IMG/VR virus record: IMGVR_UViG_3300019458_000020
Coordinates: 186,814 to 250,813 of that record
DNA length: 64,000 nucleotides
Reading direction: 5' to 3' (one strand)
Shown here piece after piece: positions 16,497-25,435 of this stretch (its first letter is position 1; the number at the start of each line of letters is the position of its first letter). The notes below the pieces were generated by a model. It worked only from the letters and a program-made list of their open reading frames with translations, did not search any database and was not told where the DNA came from. Both the position numbers and the translations under genes were made by a program.

Positions 16497-16967
16497 ATGA
16501 CGAAATCGCGGAAAGTTGTCATCGGTTTGGTAGTCTTCACGGTGTTAGTGTTCATCGTTGAAAAGACATCAGTGAACCGTGTTAGGGTGTCAGGTGAGAG
16601 TATGCTTCCGACTCTTTCACATGGACAAAAGGGATTGTGTAACAAGTTCAGTCTTTACTTTCGGACATCATCGAGGGGCGACATCATCATCTATAATGAC
16701 CCTACTTCCGAAAACACACTAGTAGTCAAACGAGTTATAGGCATCCCCGGTGATTCAATTTTGATTGTCAATGGAAAGGTTTTTCTGAACGGAAGATTTC
16801 TTTCTGAACCATATCTGCCACGTTATACCTATACCTATGGTGATGGTGAATGGTTTTTAGGAAAAAATGAATACTTTGCCCTTGGTGACAATCGCAACAA
16901 CAGTATGGATTGCAGGGATTACGGACCAATTAACATCAAACGGATAAAAGGTTTCTTTGTTCCTTGA
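16497..16967 (+). CDS. lepB: signal peptidase I (S26A)
   Basis: N-terminal TM helix, VSGESMLPTL (catalytic Ser), VVKRVIGIPGD (catalytic Lys), GDNRNNSMDCR. Confidence 0.92.
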   Translation: MTKSRKVVIGLVVFTVLVFIVEKTSVNRVRVSGESMLPTLSHGQKGLCNKFSLYFRTSSRGDIIIYNDPTSENTLVVKRVIGIPGDSILIVNGKVFLNGRFLSEPYLPRYTYTYGDGEWFLGKNEYFALGDNRNNSMDCRDYGPINIKRIKGFFVP

Positions 16968-17136
16968 CAATTTTTCAAACAACAGTAATTTCCAACTATG
17001 TCTAAATACAAATGTATCTATCGTCGGACAGACTTGGACTCGTGACATGATTGGATATAATTTACGATCACGGTCAAATGGAATACTTTTGGTGAATTTG
17101 ATTTGACAAACAAAAGAAAACGAATATCATACAAAT

Positions 17137-17376
17137 ATGAATACTACATGGGAAACTACAATTGAAGACGTTGAAAGAGTGTTAGAAGCTCATGGTCTTG
17201 ACCAGCTTGATGTTGTCGAAGTTCATGATGAATTGGACAAGGATGCGATTGAAGACGCTGCTCTTTACGGTGATGAGATGGAAGAACAGACTTATTACGC
17301 CCTTCAGGAAATTGAATTTCAGCTCCGGCAGCAGGGTCACATCACCACCGAAACAACCAAGTTTCCCATCCCATGA
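17137..17376 (+). CDS. hypothetical acidic protein
   Basis: Own promoter upstream. Confidence 0.65.
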   Translation: MNTTWETTIEDVERVLEAHGLDQLDVVEVHDELDKDAIEDAALYGDEMEEQTYYALQEIEFQLRQQGHITTETTKFPIP

Positions 17377-17479
17377 ATCTGAAAACCAAACTCACGCTGA
17401 TTTTCGTGGCCTGTGTGTTGATTGCTTACGTAATCGTGGCCAAGTATCTTCCGAAAGGCAAACCGAACTGGATTGGAAT

Positions 17480-17626
17480 ATGAATCATCCTTTTATCATT
17501 GCTCTGGCAATCATCTGGGGATGTGCCACCATTGGTGCCTGTGTAACCAAAAAGCACGAATGTTATCACTCCGCATTTTGGATCAGCTTTTTGATGGGAT
17601 TTGGTTACTTCTTGTTCAAGGTTTAA
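17480..17626 (+). CDS. small two-helix membrane protein
   Basis: MNHPFIIALAIIWG...FWISFLMGFGYFLFKV. Confidence 0.55.
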   Translation: MNHPFIIALAIIWGCATIGACVTKKHECYHSAFWISFLMGFGYFLFKV

Positions 17627-17671
17627 AAAATTAATCCTTGACATTTCTACAAAAAATTGTAGAGTGTGGAC

Positions 17672-17920
17672 ATGAATAACACAATTGTTAAAGGTTCGGT
17701 TGTAAAACACACTGCCAAGTCGGACTTCTCTCGTGCCGGAATCAAAACGGGCGACACGAGATATTACCGAGTGACAGCAACGTTCAAAAACACCGCCAAT
17801 ATCGGTGGAATCTTCAACGGCATCATCTACTTCAAGAGTGTGCCGTTGACGGAACTCGTTGAGGCCCACGATGAATGGTATGACAAGTGGCAGCAAAGTG
17901 AGACGTATCAATCAATGTAA
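17672..17920 (+). CDS. hypothetical protein
   Basis: ATG 6 nt after the -10 box; hairpin terminator at about 17928-17947. Confidence 0.7.
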   Translation: MNNTIVKGSVVKHTAKSDFSRAGIKTGDTRYYRVTATFKNTANIGGIFNGIIYFKSVPLTELVEAHDEWYDKWQQSETYQSM

Positions 17921-17978
17921 AACGAACAGGGGCAAGGATGCCCCTTGACTTCTTTCTAAAACAAAGTGATCTTTTATC

Positions 17979-18053
17979 TGGCCCTTAACTTAAAGGTGAA
18001 GTAGTGTGCTCATAACACAACGAGTGTAGGTTCGAGTCCTACAGGGCCAACCA
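17979..18053 (+). tRNA. tRNA(CAU), probably Ile2 (lysidine type)
   Basis: TGGCCCT/AGGGCCA acceptor, CTCATAA loop, GGTTCGAGTCC, ACCA. Confidence 0.85.
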
Positions 18054-18762
18054 TTTCATGTAAACCTGCATGCGTTTCAGCATGACAATTTTTACATACA
18101 CAAATACACTTATCCAACTCAACCTTTAACATTTCCCACGAATAGGTTCTAAGATTGGATATGTTGAATTCTTTCTTGGTTGGGTCAATATGATGAAAAT
18201 CCAATGCACCGATGTATTTGTTATATCCACAAATCATACATTTGCCACCTTTGTAATCTACACACTTTTGTTTCCGTTCGGTTTGCTTTTTTAATGAAAT
18301 TCTGTTATTACACCGTTTACACCAATAATGAAATTTTCCATTTTTCTTTAGATAGAAATTTTCATTTGTCAATGTCTTTTTTTGATTACACTGAGAACAA
18401 GTTTTATATCCTTCTTCTATCTCTTTCTTAATTTTTGTTCTTAATATTGTCCATTGTGGATTGGTTTTCAAACCATAAATGTTTAACCAATAACGGATAA
18501 CACATTGGCTACAATTTAGTTCACGGGCCATTTTATGAGTAGAATAATTTTGTCCAATGTATGTTTCTAATTGACATTTTTGAATCTTTAATGGTTCTCT
18601 TTTGTGTATAGTTTTTAACCCTAACTTTCTAAAATGACCCTTTATTGTTGACCAAGGCACCATCATTTCGTTGGCTACTTGTTTTGTAGTATATCCATTA
18701 TTGATGAAAGATTGATACTTGTCTTTTAACTCATTAGTTATATTTATGGTAATAACTATCAA
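18010..18762 (-). CDS. HNH homing endonuclease with HTH repeats
   Basis: CSQC..WCKRC; KCMICGY..ALDFHH..CVCKNCHAETH; convergent on the tRNA. Confidence 0.85.
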   Translation of the reverse strand: MIVITINITNELKDKYQSFINNGYTTKQVANEMMVPWSTIKGHFRKLGLKTIHKREPLKIQKCQLETYIGQNYSTHKMARELNCSQCVIRYWLNIYGLKTNPQWTILRTKIKKEIEEGYKTCSQCNQKKTLTNENFYLKKNGKFHYWCKRCNNRISLKKQTERKQKCVDYKGGKCMICGYNKYIGALDFHHIDPTKKEFNISNLRTYSWEMLKVELDKCICVCKNCHAETHAGLHEMVGPVGLEPTLVVL

Positions 18763-18858
18763 ATTAATGGTTCAAACATCATGATTTCTGTTGACAACCA
18801 TATAAAAAAGTGTTAAGATTCGTTTCGTGAAAATTAAATTTATCATAACGGAATACCC

Positions 18859-19047
18859 ATGATGCCGTCAAGTGTTATCAAACGTAAGCAGAAAATCGCC
18901 CAAATGGACCGTGAGACTGCGATGGAATATTTCCGTCCATTGGAACTTGACCAAATCAAATCAATGGAAAGGCGTCATTGTGTGAAGCCTGGAACCTATA
19001 CCCGATTTTATCGGATGGTGACTTGCCAAACCGAAGATTCGCAGTAA
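18859..19047 (+). CDS. hypothetical protein
   Basis: Downstream of a TTGACA promoter. Confidence 0.55.
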   Translation: MMPSSVIKRKQKIAQMDRETAMEYFRPLELDQIKSMERRHCVKPGTYTRFYRMVTCQTEDSQ

Positions 19048-19056
19048 AGTTTTTAT

Positions 19057-19416
19057 ATGAACATGTCATCATTTTTAACACCGGCGGGGCCAAAGGCTCC
19101 GGTTAATAAATTCTGGTTTACACTTGGCGTTTTACTTGCCATTGTAGTCGTCGTTGGTTCGTTATATCTCGGACTTTGGCTCTGCCTGATTGGTGGAATC
19201 GTTCAAGTCGTTGAAGCTTGTAAGTCGAATCCTGTTTCTTCGATGGGTATTGCCTTGGGATTTCTTCGATTCATCGCAACGGGAATCGTCAGTTGGGGCA
19301 GCTTTTTCATTGGTTGTGGATTAACCAGTTGGTGTTTCGGACGTGCGTATGCTGCCAGAAACAAGCAGAAGCTAGACCATCTGAATAAAGTTCAAAATGA
19401 ATTTTTCGGAAAGTGA
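19057..19416 (+). CDS. hypothetical membrane protein
   Basis: Two to three hydrophobic segments. Confidence 0.7.
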   Translation: MNMSSFLTPAGPKAPVNKFWFTLGVLLAIVVVVGSLYLGLWLCLIGGIVQVVEACKSNPVSSMGIALGFLRFIATGIVSWGSFFIGCGLTSWCFGRAYAARNKQKLDHLNKVQNEFFGK

Positions 19417-19606
19417 CGATTTGCGTAGGCTGTTCGCCGAAGGCAAACCAGTGGTGACATACGAAGAGGTTGAACAATGCGGCCTGGCCTATATTAAAGA
19501 CGTTGACGTAGGGCCAGAATATGCCTTTGAACTGGCTTCCAACGACTACGCTCCTGATTATGGTTATGTGGATAATGGTTGTGAACAATTTGTGAAAGTC
19601 GCTTGA
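19397..19606 (+). CDS. hypothetical protein
   Basis: Overlaps the upstream gene as in an operon. Confidence 0.6.
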   Translation: MNFSESDDLRRLFAEGKPVVTYEEVEQCGLAYIKDVDVGPEYAFELASNDYAPDYGYVDNGCEQFVKVA

Positions 19607-19636
19607 CAATCTAAATTGTTTTGATATATTCTCGCC

Positions 19637-19861
19637 ATGATTAGTTTCAAAAATGATACCGAACTGACGCTCGTTACTTCTTTTGACGAGAAAACCGACA
19701 CCATTACCGGCGAAGAGACGGAAACGTTTAAGGCCGGCGAACCTGTTGACGCTGATATTATCGACGAAAACGAAACTAAAGGTGAAATGTTCGTTGACTT
19801 GCAGTTTGGTGACGGATCTGTTGCCTTTGGTGTTCAACGCGAATGCTTTGATGTCCTATGA
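19637..19861 (+). CDS. hypothetical acidic protein
   Basis: ATG 6 nt after the -10 box. Confidence 0.7.
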   Translation: MISFKNDTELTLVTSFDEKTDTITGEETETFKAGEPVDADIIDENETKGEMFVDLQFGDGSVAFGVQRECFDVL

Positions 19862-20370
19862 TTCAACTAGAAGCACAATTCACGTCTGGCGTTGACGGGT
19901 TCTCCGCTAACCCTCTTACCTATACACAACTCGCCAGAACGCAACGGGCCGCAATCTATGAACGTTCCCGTGATGGTAAGCCAAAGGATTACGAAGTCTT
20001 TATCATCAAAGTTGACCTGAAGGGAAAACAAATCTTTCAGCAAGTTCTGGAGGATGACCGGGAACGATATCCAACGGCAAGCCAGTTCGGATTCATTGCA
20101 TGGTCTTTCAACAACAAAGACGTTGCCTTTGAACGGTTTAAGGAGTTAAACGAAGAATTGAATGCTCCTGAAGAATCCAAAGTCGAAAAAATCATTGTCA
20201 TTCCTTCTGGTGAGTTTAGTGTGGCTCAACTTGCTGACCATAACAAGGTTTCCTATATAGAAGCCTCTGCTTTTGTCAAGGAAAATCTTGATAAAACCAT
20301 CAAGTTCGTTCGCCAATTCAAGAAAGAGGGACAACGTGGAAAGCCGGCGAACTTCTACACGAAAATATAA
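19858..20370 (+). CDS. hypothetical protein with C-terminal winged-helix-like segment
   Basis: EFSVAQLA...QRGKPANFY. Confidence 0.65.
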   Translation: MIQLEAQFTSGVDGFSANPLTYTQLARTQRAAIYERSRDGKPKDYEVFIIKVDLKGKQIFQQVLEDDRERYPTASQFGFIAWSFNNKDVAFERFKELNEELNAPEESKVEKIIVIPSGEFSVAQLADHNKVSYIEASAFVKENLDKTIKFVRQFKKEGQRGKPANFYTKI

Positions 20371-20466
20371 AAACGATTTGACATTCTGAAAAGAATGTTG
20401 TAACTTGAATCTCGGTCGAAAGACTGTTGACAAAATCTCTTAATAAGAGATCACATAGACAGTGAA

Positions 20467-20537
20467 GATTCTGATAGTTTAGTTAGAAGAACACTGCCGT
20501 TGAGGCGGGGGCACGGGTGCAATTCCCGTTCAGATCA
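20467..20537 (+). ncRNA. degenerate tRNA-like element, no CCA
   Basis: GATTCTGA/TCAGATC acceptor with bulge, D-like arm, CTGCC-GTTGA-GGCGG, ACGGG-TGCAATT-CCCGT. Confidence 0.55.
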
Positions 20538-20591
20538 AGTAACTGGAACCACTTGAGCGTAGGCTCCGTGAAATCGTGTTCATTCAAAGAA

Positions 20592-20692
20592 GCCGGGAGC
20601 AGAGATGGTCAAATGGTTCGGACAGCCAGTGCCGAACCAATTTGGGCGAACCTCTCACCTTTAGTTTCGCCGCTAAGGGAAAAGCTCCCGGC
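20592..20692 (+). ncRNA. candidate structured RNA with possible pseudoknot
   Basis: GCCGGGAGC/GCTCCCGGC closing stem; TGGTTCGG/CCGAACCA; GGCGAA could pair with loop TTCGCC. Confidence 0.55.
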
Positions 20693-20737
20693 ACATTTTT
20701 CTTGACAATCTGTTTTGATTTGGTATAATTATATCAA

Positions 20738-20884
20738 ATGAAGAACGTGATGAAAACTCAGATGGAAGTCTATAAATCCATCCGTAAGCCCTTCGCTCCC
20801 TCTGTTAAGGTTGAGCGTCCGAACAAGGGTGCTGGTTATCGTCGTCACCGTGGAAACTGGCAGAAATGGGTTGACAACGAGTAA
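20738..20884 (+). CDS. 48-aa ArfA-like basic peptide (below the ORF-track cutoff)
   Basis: MKNVMKTQMEVYKSIRKPFAPSVKVERPNKGAGYRRHRGNWQKWVDNE; TTGACA-16-TATAAT promoter directly upstream. Confidence 0.6.
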   Translation: MKNVMKTQMEVYKSIRKPFAPSVKVERPNKGAGYRRHRGNWQKWVDNE

Positions 20885-20889
20885 ATCGG

Positions 20890-21090
20890 TTGTATAATAA
20901 CCACCAAATGAAACTTCGAGCAACGGTAATGTATAACGAAGGCAGAGGCCACTGGCAGGCAGTTTTGCGTGGTGGAACGGCTTTCAACATTCCAGATGGT
21001 CAAGCTGATTTTCTCCGTCATGGTGACGAGATTTATATTAGCATTCATGCCAATTATACCGATTGTGACGTAGTAAAGAAGGCAGCATGA
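20890..21090 (+). CDS. hypothetical protein
   Basis: Probable ATG at 20908 after a TATAAT box. Confidence 0.55.
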   Translation: MYNNHQMKLRATVMYNEGRGHWQAVLRGGTAFNIPDGQADFLRHGDEIYISIHANYTDCDVVKKAA

Positions 21091-21407
21091 ACTGGACTAA
21101 AGAACAAATTTTGGAAATCTTTGAAAAGGATGAACTTCTGCATCCTTCTCCGGAAATAGATCCGGATGACCTTATGAATTTGCACCTTGACCTTGCTGAA
21201 TTGATTCTAAAAGGTTATGCGGAACTTTTCTTCGATGACAACAATAGGCCAATGGTTAGAGCAACGGCCAAAGCATATCAAAAGGATATGATTTCGATTC
21301 CGCTTAGACGGGATCATTCTGCTGCTTTCTTTTTCACGGAGATAGTAAAGAAAACCATTCCTATTCAAATTCCTCTCTTGACATTCACTCCTGAAATGTT
21401 AAATTAA
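21087..21407 (+). CDS. hypothetical protein
   Basis: ATGA overlap. Confidence 0.65.
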   Translation: MNWTKEQILEIFEKDELLHPSPEIDPDDLMNLHLDLAELILKGYAELFFDDNNRPMVRATAKAYQKDMISIPLRRDHSAAFFFTEIVKKTIPIQIPLLTFTPEMLN

Positions 21408-21412
21408 TTTAA

Positions 21413-21943
21413 ATGTTATCGACAAACGTTCAGACGGAAGAAGAGAGAATTTACCATGTTGTTTATGGATTCGCATACCATGCTCATCAAAGCCGGGCAT
21501 TGACTCCTGAAAAACGTTTCCGTAAAAATGGCCGAGGACAGAATTCTGAAATTCTTTACATTACCCATCCAGTTGCTGTCAAGGATGATGCCATTCATCG
21601 GGCAAATGACTACTATCCTGCTGGTTCTCGAAACGTGTTCCTGATCAGTTTGGTTGCGATTCTCCATGATGTGCTAGAAGACACCGCCGTAACCAAGAAT
21701 GAATTACAAACATTTTTGATGGAGTTGCTTCCTTTCGCTGATGCAGTCAAGGTGATGGATGCTGTTTTACTTCTCACCAAAGACGGAAATAACTTCAATA
21801 TCATCACTTATCTTCATGGGATTCGATTGAATCCCTTCGCTACTATCGTCAAGTTGTCTGATCTTGACCATAACATGAGTGATTTGAAACCTGGTAATTT
21901 GCTTGACAAATACAAGCTCTGCCACTATTTTCTCACTCAATGA
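21413..21943 (+). CDS. HD-domain hydrolase, RelA/SpoT (small alarmone hydrolase)-like
   Basis: YITHPVAV..AILHDVLEDT..LLTK..TIVKLSDLDHN. Confidence 0.82.
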   Translation: MLSTNVQTEEERIYHVVYGFAYHAHQSRALTPEKRFRKNGRGQNSEILYITHPVAVKDDAIHRANDYYPAGSRNVFLISLVAILHDVLEDTAVTKNELQTFLMELLPFADAVKVMDAVLLLTKDGNNFNIITYLHGIRLNPFATIVKLSDLDHNMSDLKPGNLLDKYKLCHYFLTQ

Positions 21944-22215
21944 AATTCGTGTTTAGATACCGAAGTGGTCCAGATTGGATGACTCAAAAGGCGGCTAGCC
22001 GGGATTTTGCCGATAAATCCAGTGCCGAAGCTTTTGCTGATGGATTACGACTCGGGGGTGCTGGTAATGTGTCTTACGAAGAAGACGCGGGGGGTACCCC
22101 CACTCCATTACCTCGTAAGGGTAGAGGCCAATATTTTTGTGTTGTGTGTAATGAAAATCCAGTAAACCCACACGAAGGATTTGACACCTGTTCAAACTGT
22201 GTCAATAAAACGTAA
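21940..22215 (+). CDS. hypothetical protein with C-terminal CxxC..CxxC
   Basis: CVVC..CSNC; contains one GGGGGTACCCCC copy. Confidence 0.65.
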   Translation: MKFVFRYRSGPDWMTQKAASRDFADKSSAEAFADGLRLGGAGNVSYEEDAGGTPTPLPRKGRGQYFCVVCNENPVNPHEGFDTCSNCVNKT

Positions 22216-22218
22216 GTT

Positions 22219-22512
22219 TTAATCGTTTGTCTGTATAGTGTATATTAGAAGGAATGTTCTTTTCTTTTTTATACTCTCTAATAAATCTACTTCAAATTCA
22301 AAATTTTCTTCTCCGTATTTGTTCCATGATTTTTGTAAATAATCATTATCATGTCTATTGGCTTTCAAATCGTTTTTATGTTCGGACCATCTTCCTTTTA
22401 TATCATTAGAACTACCAATGTAGTATTTTCCATTAACTTTGTTAATGATTTTATAGATTCCAGATTTTTTTATTGACAGTGTATCATTCATGTAGTACAT
22501 GTATAATGACAA
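22219..22512 (-). pseudogene. truncated GIY-YIG homing endonuclease
   Basis: SGIYKIINKVNGKYYIGSS..HDNDYLQKSWNKYGEENF, then an abrupt loss of similarity to its paralog at 36849. Confidence 0.75.
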
Positions 22513-22542
22513 AGTAGAAACATGTATAAATAACGAGAAAAT

Positions 22543-22713
22543 ATGGGAAAAAGCTGGCGAGAAAATCCGTCAAAGTGGAAACACAAAATCAAACACAACA
22601 AGCCGGGTAAGTTCAAGGGCGGAAAACCCCGTCATGATGACAATGGTAACGGAGATAAAAAGTATTCTCCATTTGATGACTCACAAGGTTATCATTCATC
22701 GGTTAATTTTTAA
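22543..22713 (+). CDS. 56-aa basic Lys/Gly-rich protein (below the ORF-track cutoff)
   Basis: MGKSWRENPSKWKHKIKHNKPGKFKGGKPR...; ends immediately before tRNA-Leu. Confidence 0.55.
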   Translation: MGKSWRENPSKWKHKIKHNKPGKFKGGKPRHDDNGNGDKKYSPFDDSQGYHSSVNF

Positions 22714-22714
22714 A

Positions 22715-22803
22715 GGGCGTGTGGCGAAGCTGGTTGAACCGCGGCAGACTTAAAATCTGCTACTTAGGAAACATCGGGGGTTCGATTCCCTCCACGCCTA
22801 CCA
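22715..22803 (+). tRNA. tRNA-Leu(UAA)
   Basis: GCAGA-CTTAAAA-TCTGC, long variable arm, GGTTCGATTCC, ACCA. Confidence 0.95.
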
Positions 22804-23545
22804 TTTTAGGGTCATGTCTTCGGGACCAAATATTTATCTTCTTGACATCAATACCATTTCTAAGTGCGTGTTTTTTAACACTACTAGCAGATACTTTTAA
22901 TTTTCTAGCAACTTCTGATATGGGATTGTTGGATAATAGAGAAATCATTTCTTCATTTGAAGGCCATTTGATTTTTATCTTGAAAACATTTCCAACAGAT
23001 GAATAACGGCTTCTTATGGTTTCTATTCTTTTTTGTTGTTCTTCATAAATTTTCGATTGTAGGAAATGAATTCCACGTTTTTCAATCAAATCATTGATTC
23101 GGTAGTAGTTTCCCCCATAACCAACAAGTCCACATTTTAATAATGCTTCTCTTCGTGTATAAGATGATTCTATGGATATTATCAATTCTTCATCCGTGAC
23201 GTAATGGCCTTTCTTTTGTTTTTTTCTAGCTCTATAATTTGGAGTCAATGCATGACAATTACAACAAAAAAGTTTAAGATTTTCCAATTCATTATTTTTT
23301 CTATTGCCATCGACATGATGTAATTCTAACGGAATTGATTCATTTTTCCATTTTGTCAACTGGCAACCTTCACATCGATGTTCTTTTACACCATCTTTTA
23401 TTAGTTTAAGTTTTAATCTAAAAGTTGTCATGGTTATACATATACAACAAGTGTGAGTTCTAGTTAATTTAATTCTTGACTCTCTTTGAAAATCTGATAC
23501 TCTCATCCTATGATTGAAGTTCCACGACTTCCACGGATTACTCAT
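22760..23545 (-). CDS. HNH homing endonuclease
   Basis: HRCEGC..PLELHHVDGNRKNNELENL..CCNCHA; convergent on tRNA-Leu; true start uncertain. Confidence 0.85.
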   Translation of the reverse strand: MSNPWKSWNFNHRMRVSDFQRESRIKLTRTHTCCICITMTTFRLKLKLIKDGVKEHRCEGCQLTKWKNESIPLELHHVDGNRKNNELENLKLFCCNCHALTPNYRARKKQKKGHYVTDEELIISIESSYTRREALLKCGLVGYGGNYYRINDLIEKRGIHFLQSKIYEEQQKRIETIRSRYSSVGNVFKIKIKWPSNEEMISLLSNNPISEVARKLKVSASSVKKHALRNGIDVKKINIWSRRHDPKMVGVEGIEPPMFPK

Positions 23546-24028
23546 GTAACCAACAAGATTGAAAAATATTTGTTGGATTTATTTGAAGCCGAACCGGATA
23601 CAGCTTACCATCAAAAAGAATTATTGACGATGGTTAGAATGGAATACTCCGATGAATTCGGATGGGAATTGGAAGCACACGTTTCTCGTGCCTTGGATAA
23701 ACACCACTGTAACAACGATATCAAACGTGTAGCACCTGCGACATTTGAATCTGTATATGGTCCTGATGACGTGTATAGTGAAAGGGAAACGGGCCACATG
23801 CCTCTCGGAGAAACCGCCCAACGTCCCTTCAACGTTCATTTGAGGGAACAACAGAACAAGTTTCGGAGTCAGAAAGAATTCAACGAGGCCGTTCGCAAGA
23901 CAGAAAGTTCGGTTAGTATCCTTCGAGACAACAAGATGACCGATCAACAAATATCCGATTCTTTGATTCAAGCCGGTTTCAATCATTTGATTGTGAAAAA
24001 GGTTCTCCGTAACAAGAAAAACGGTTGA
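23510..24028 (+). CDS. hypothetical protein
   Basis: 172-aa ORF. Confidence 0.65.
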   Translation: MIEVPRLPRITHVTNKIEKYLLDLFEAEPDTAYHQKELLTMVRMEYSDEFGWELEAHVSRALDKHHCNNDIKRVAPATFESVYGPDDVYSERETGHMPLGETAQRPFNVHLREQQNKFRSQKEFNEAVRKTESSVSILRDNKMTDQQISDSLIQAGFNHLIVKKVLRNKKNG

Positions 24029-24236
24029 CAATCTATAAAAACATTGACCAGTCAAGACACAACAAAAACATTCCGATTCAATGTTGGTCTTAACATAAAT
24101 TCGTGAAACAACTTCTTTCAGACATGGAAAAGTTCATTGCCTACAAAGGGTTAGGCAATCTTCTTTCCACAGACGAGGGTAGGGAATTTCTCATAAATTA
24201 CTTGACTATCAAAGAAATAAGTGATACGGTTTCGAC

Positions 24237-25331
24237 ATGAAAATTGATTTGGCTTCGATTGACCGTGAACAATTCATGGTTCACGAACACATTCTTTTTG
24301 GGGAAGTCGTGTATCTCGTCCAACCACAACATATTGGTTGTAAGTGGACACAGGCCAATAAACATCTCCGGTCTGCTGTCTTCAATTCTGAAGGTGAACT
24401 GATTTCAATGGGTTTTCCCAAATTCACAAACTGGAGCGAAAACCCGGACAACTTCCCTGTTCCTACTTCTCTGAATGGTTGTAAGGTTATGGAGAAGCTT
24501 GATGGTTCTCTTTTGATTGTTTCCAAATACAAGGGTCAATTCATCCTTCGTACTCGTGGCACCATTAATGCCGAAAACCTTGACAACGGCCATGAACTGG
24601 CTTTGTTGAAACAGAAGTATCCAGAAATCTTTAAGTTTCAATCTTGTGGAATGGAAACTTGGCCGTTTTCTCTTTTGTTTGAATGGGTTTCTCCTATTAA
24701 TCGAATTGTTTTGAGTTACGGCGATGAAGCGGATTTCATTTTGGTTGGTGGTATCTACCATGACAAATGCATTCTTTGGGACCAAGAGTGGTTAGACGCA
24801 ATGGCCAAGGGTTTTGGTTGTAAACGTCCGATTACATATAACTTTCCTTCTGTAGATGACTTAATTGCCAATGTTGACCAGTGGAAAGGCAAAGAGGGAG
24901 TTGTTATCTATTCCAAAGACGGTCAAGCTCTCCATAAAGTTAAATCGGCTTGGTATCTCGTTTTACATAGAATGAAGGAATCCTTATCATCCATTGATAA
25001 AGTTGTGGATGTTTGGTTTGTTCAGGGGAAATTACCATATCAAGAATTTGAAGAATATATTACATCGACTTTTGATTGGGAATTGTGGAATCAAATTCGG
25101 GGAGAAGTTAGCCAAATTTGTGATGGTTGGAAAGAAGTTCAACGAATAGTTCAAGGTATGAAATCGTTCGTTGAACCGCTAAATACCTGGTCAAGAAAAG
25201 ATGCAGCAAAAAAGATTATTGATTCATACGGAATCACTAATCGAAGTTCCTTTTGTTTTCAATTGTTAGATGGAAAAGAATTATGTGACGATGCTCTAAA
25301 AAAACTTTTGTGGCAAGTTCTCAAAAAGTAA
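24237..25331 (+). CDS. RNA ligase, T4 Rnl1-like
   Basis: FPKFTNW..EKLDGSL (motif I)..FEW..EGVVI..KVKSAWY. Confidence 0.88.
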   Translation: MKIDLASIDREQFMVHEHILFGEVVYLVQPQHIGCKWTQANKHLRSAVFNSEGELISMGFPKFTNWSENPDNFPVPTSLNGCKVMEKLDGSLLIVSKYKGQFILRTRGTINAENLDNGHELALLKQKYPEIFKFQSCGMETWPFSLLFEWVSPINRIVLSYGDEADFILVGGIYHDKCILWDQEWLDAMAKGFGCKRPITYNFPSVDDLIANVDQWKGKEGVVIYSKDGQALHKVKSAWYLVLHRMKESLSSIDKVVDVWFVQGKLPYQEFEEYITSTFDWELWNQIRGEVSQICDGWKEVQRIVQGMKSFVEPLNTWSRKDAAKKIIDSYGITNRSSFCFQLLDGKELCDDALKKLLWQVLKK

Positions 25332-25364
25332 TTTGAGTTGGTTCATTTTTTAGTATTTGAAACA

Positions 25365-25435
25365 AAACACAAAGCATCGGATGGAACGGCATCATTTGAT
25401 AGAATTGACTCAAGTGAAGGTTATGTAAAGGGGTA
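25365..25435 (+). pseudogene. remnant of an HNH endonuclease
   Basis: Translates to ASFDRIDSSEGYVKG, matching ASLDRIDSSKGYVNG of the gene at 26556-27135. Confidence 0.6.

Noticed and set aside
22499-22753. 84-aa plus-strand ORF
   Set aside because: It runs into tRNA-Leu; the alternative frame 22543-22713 stops cleanly before the tRNA.
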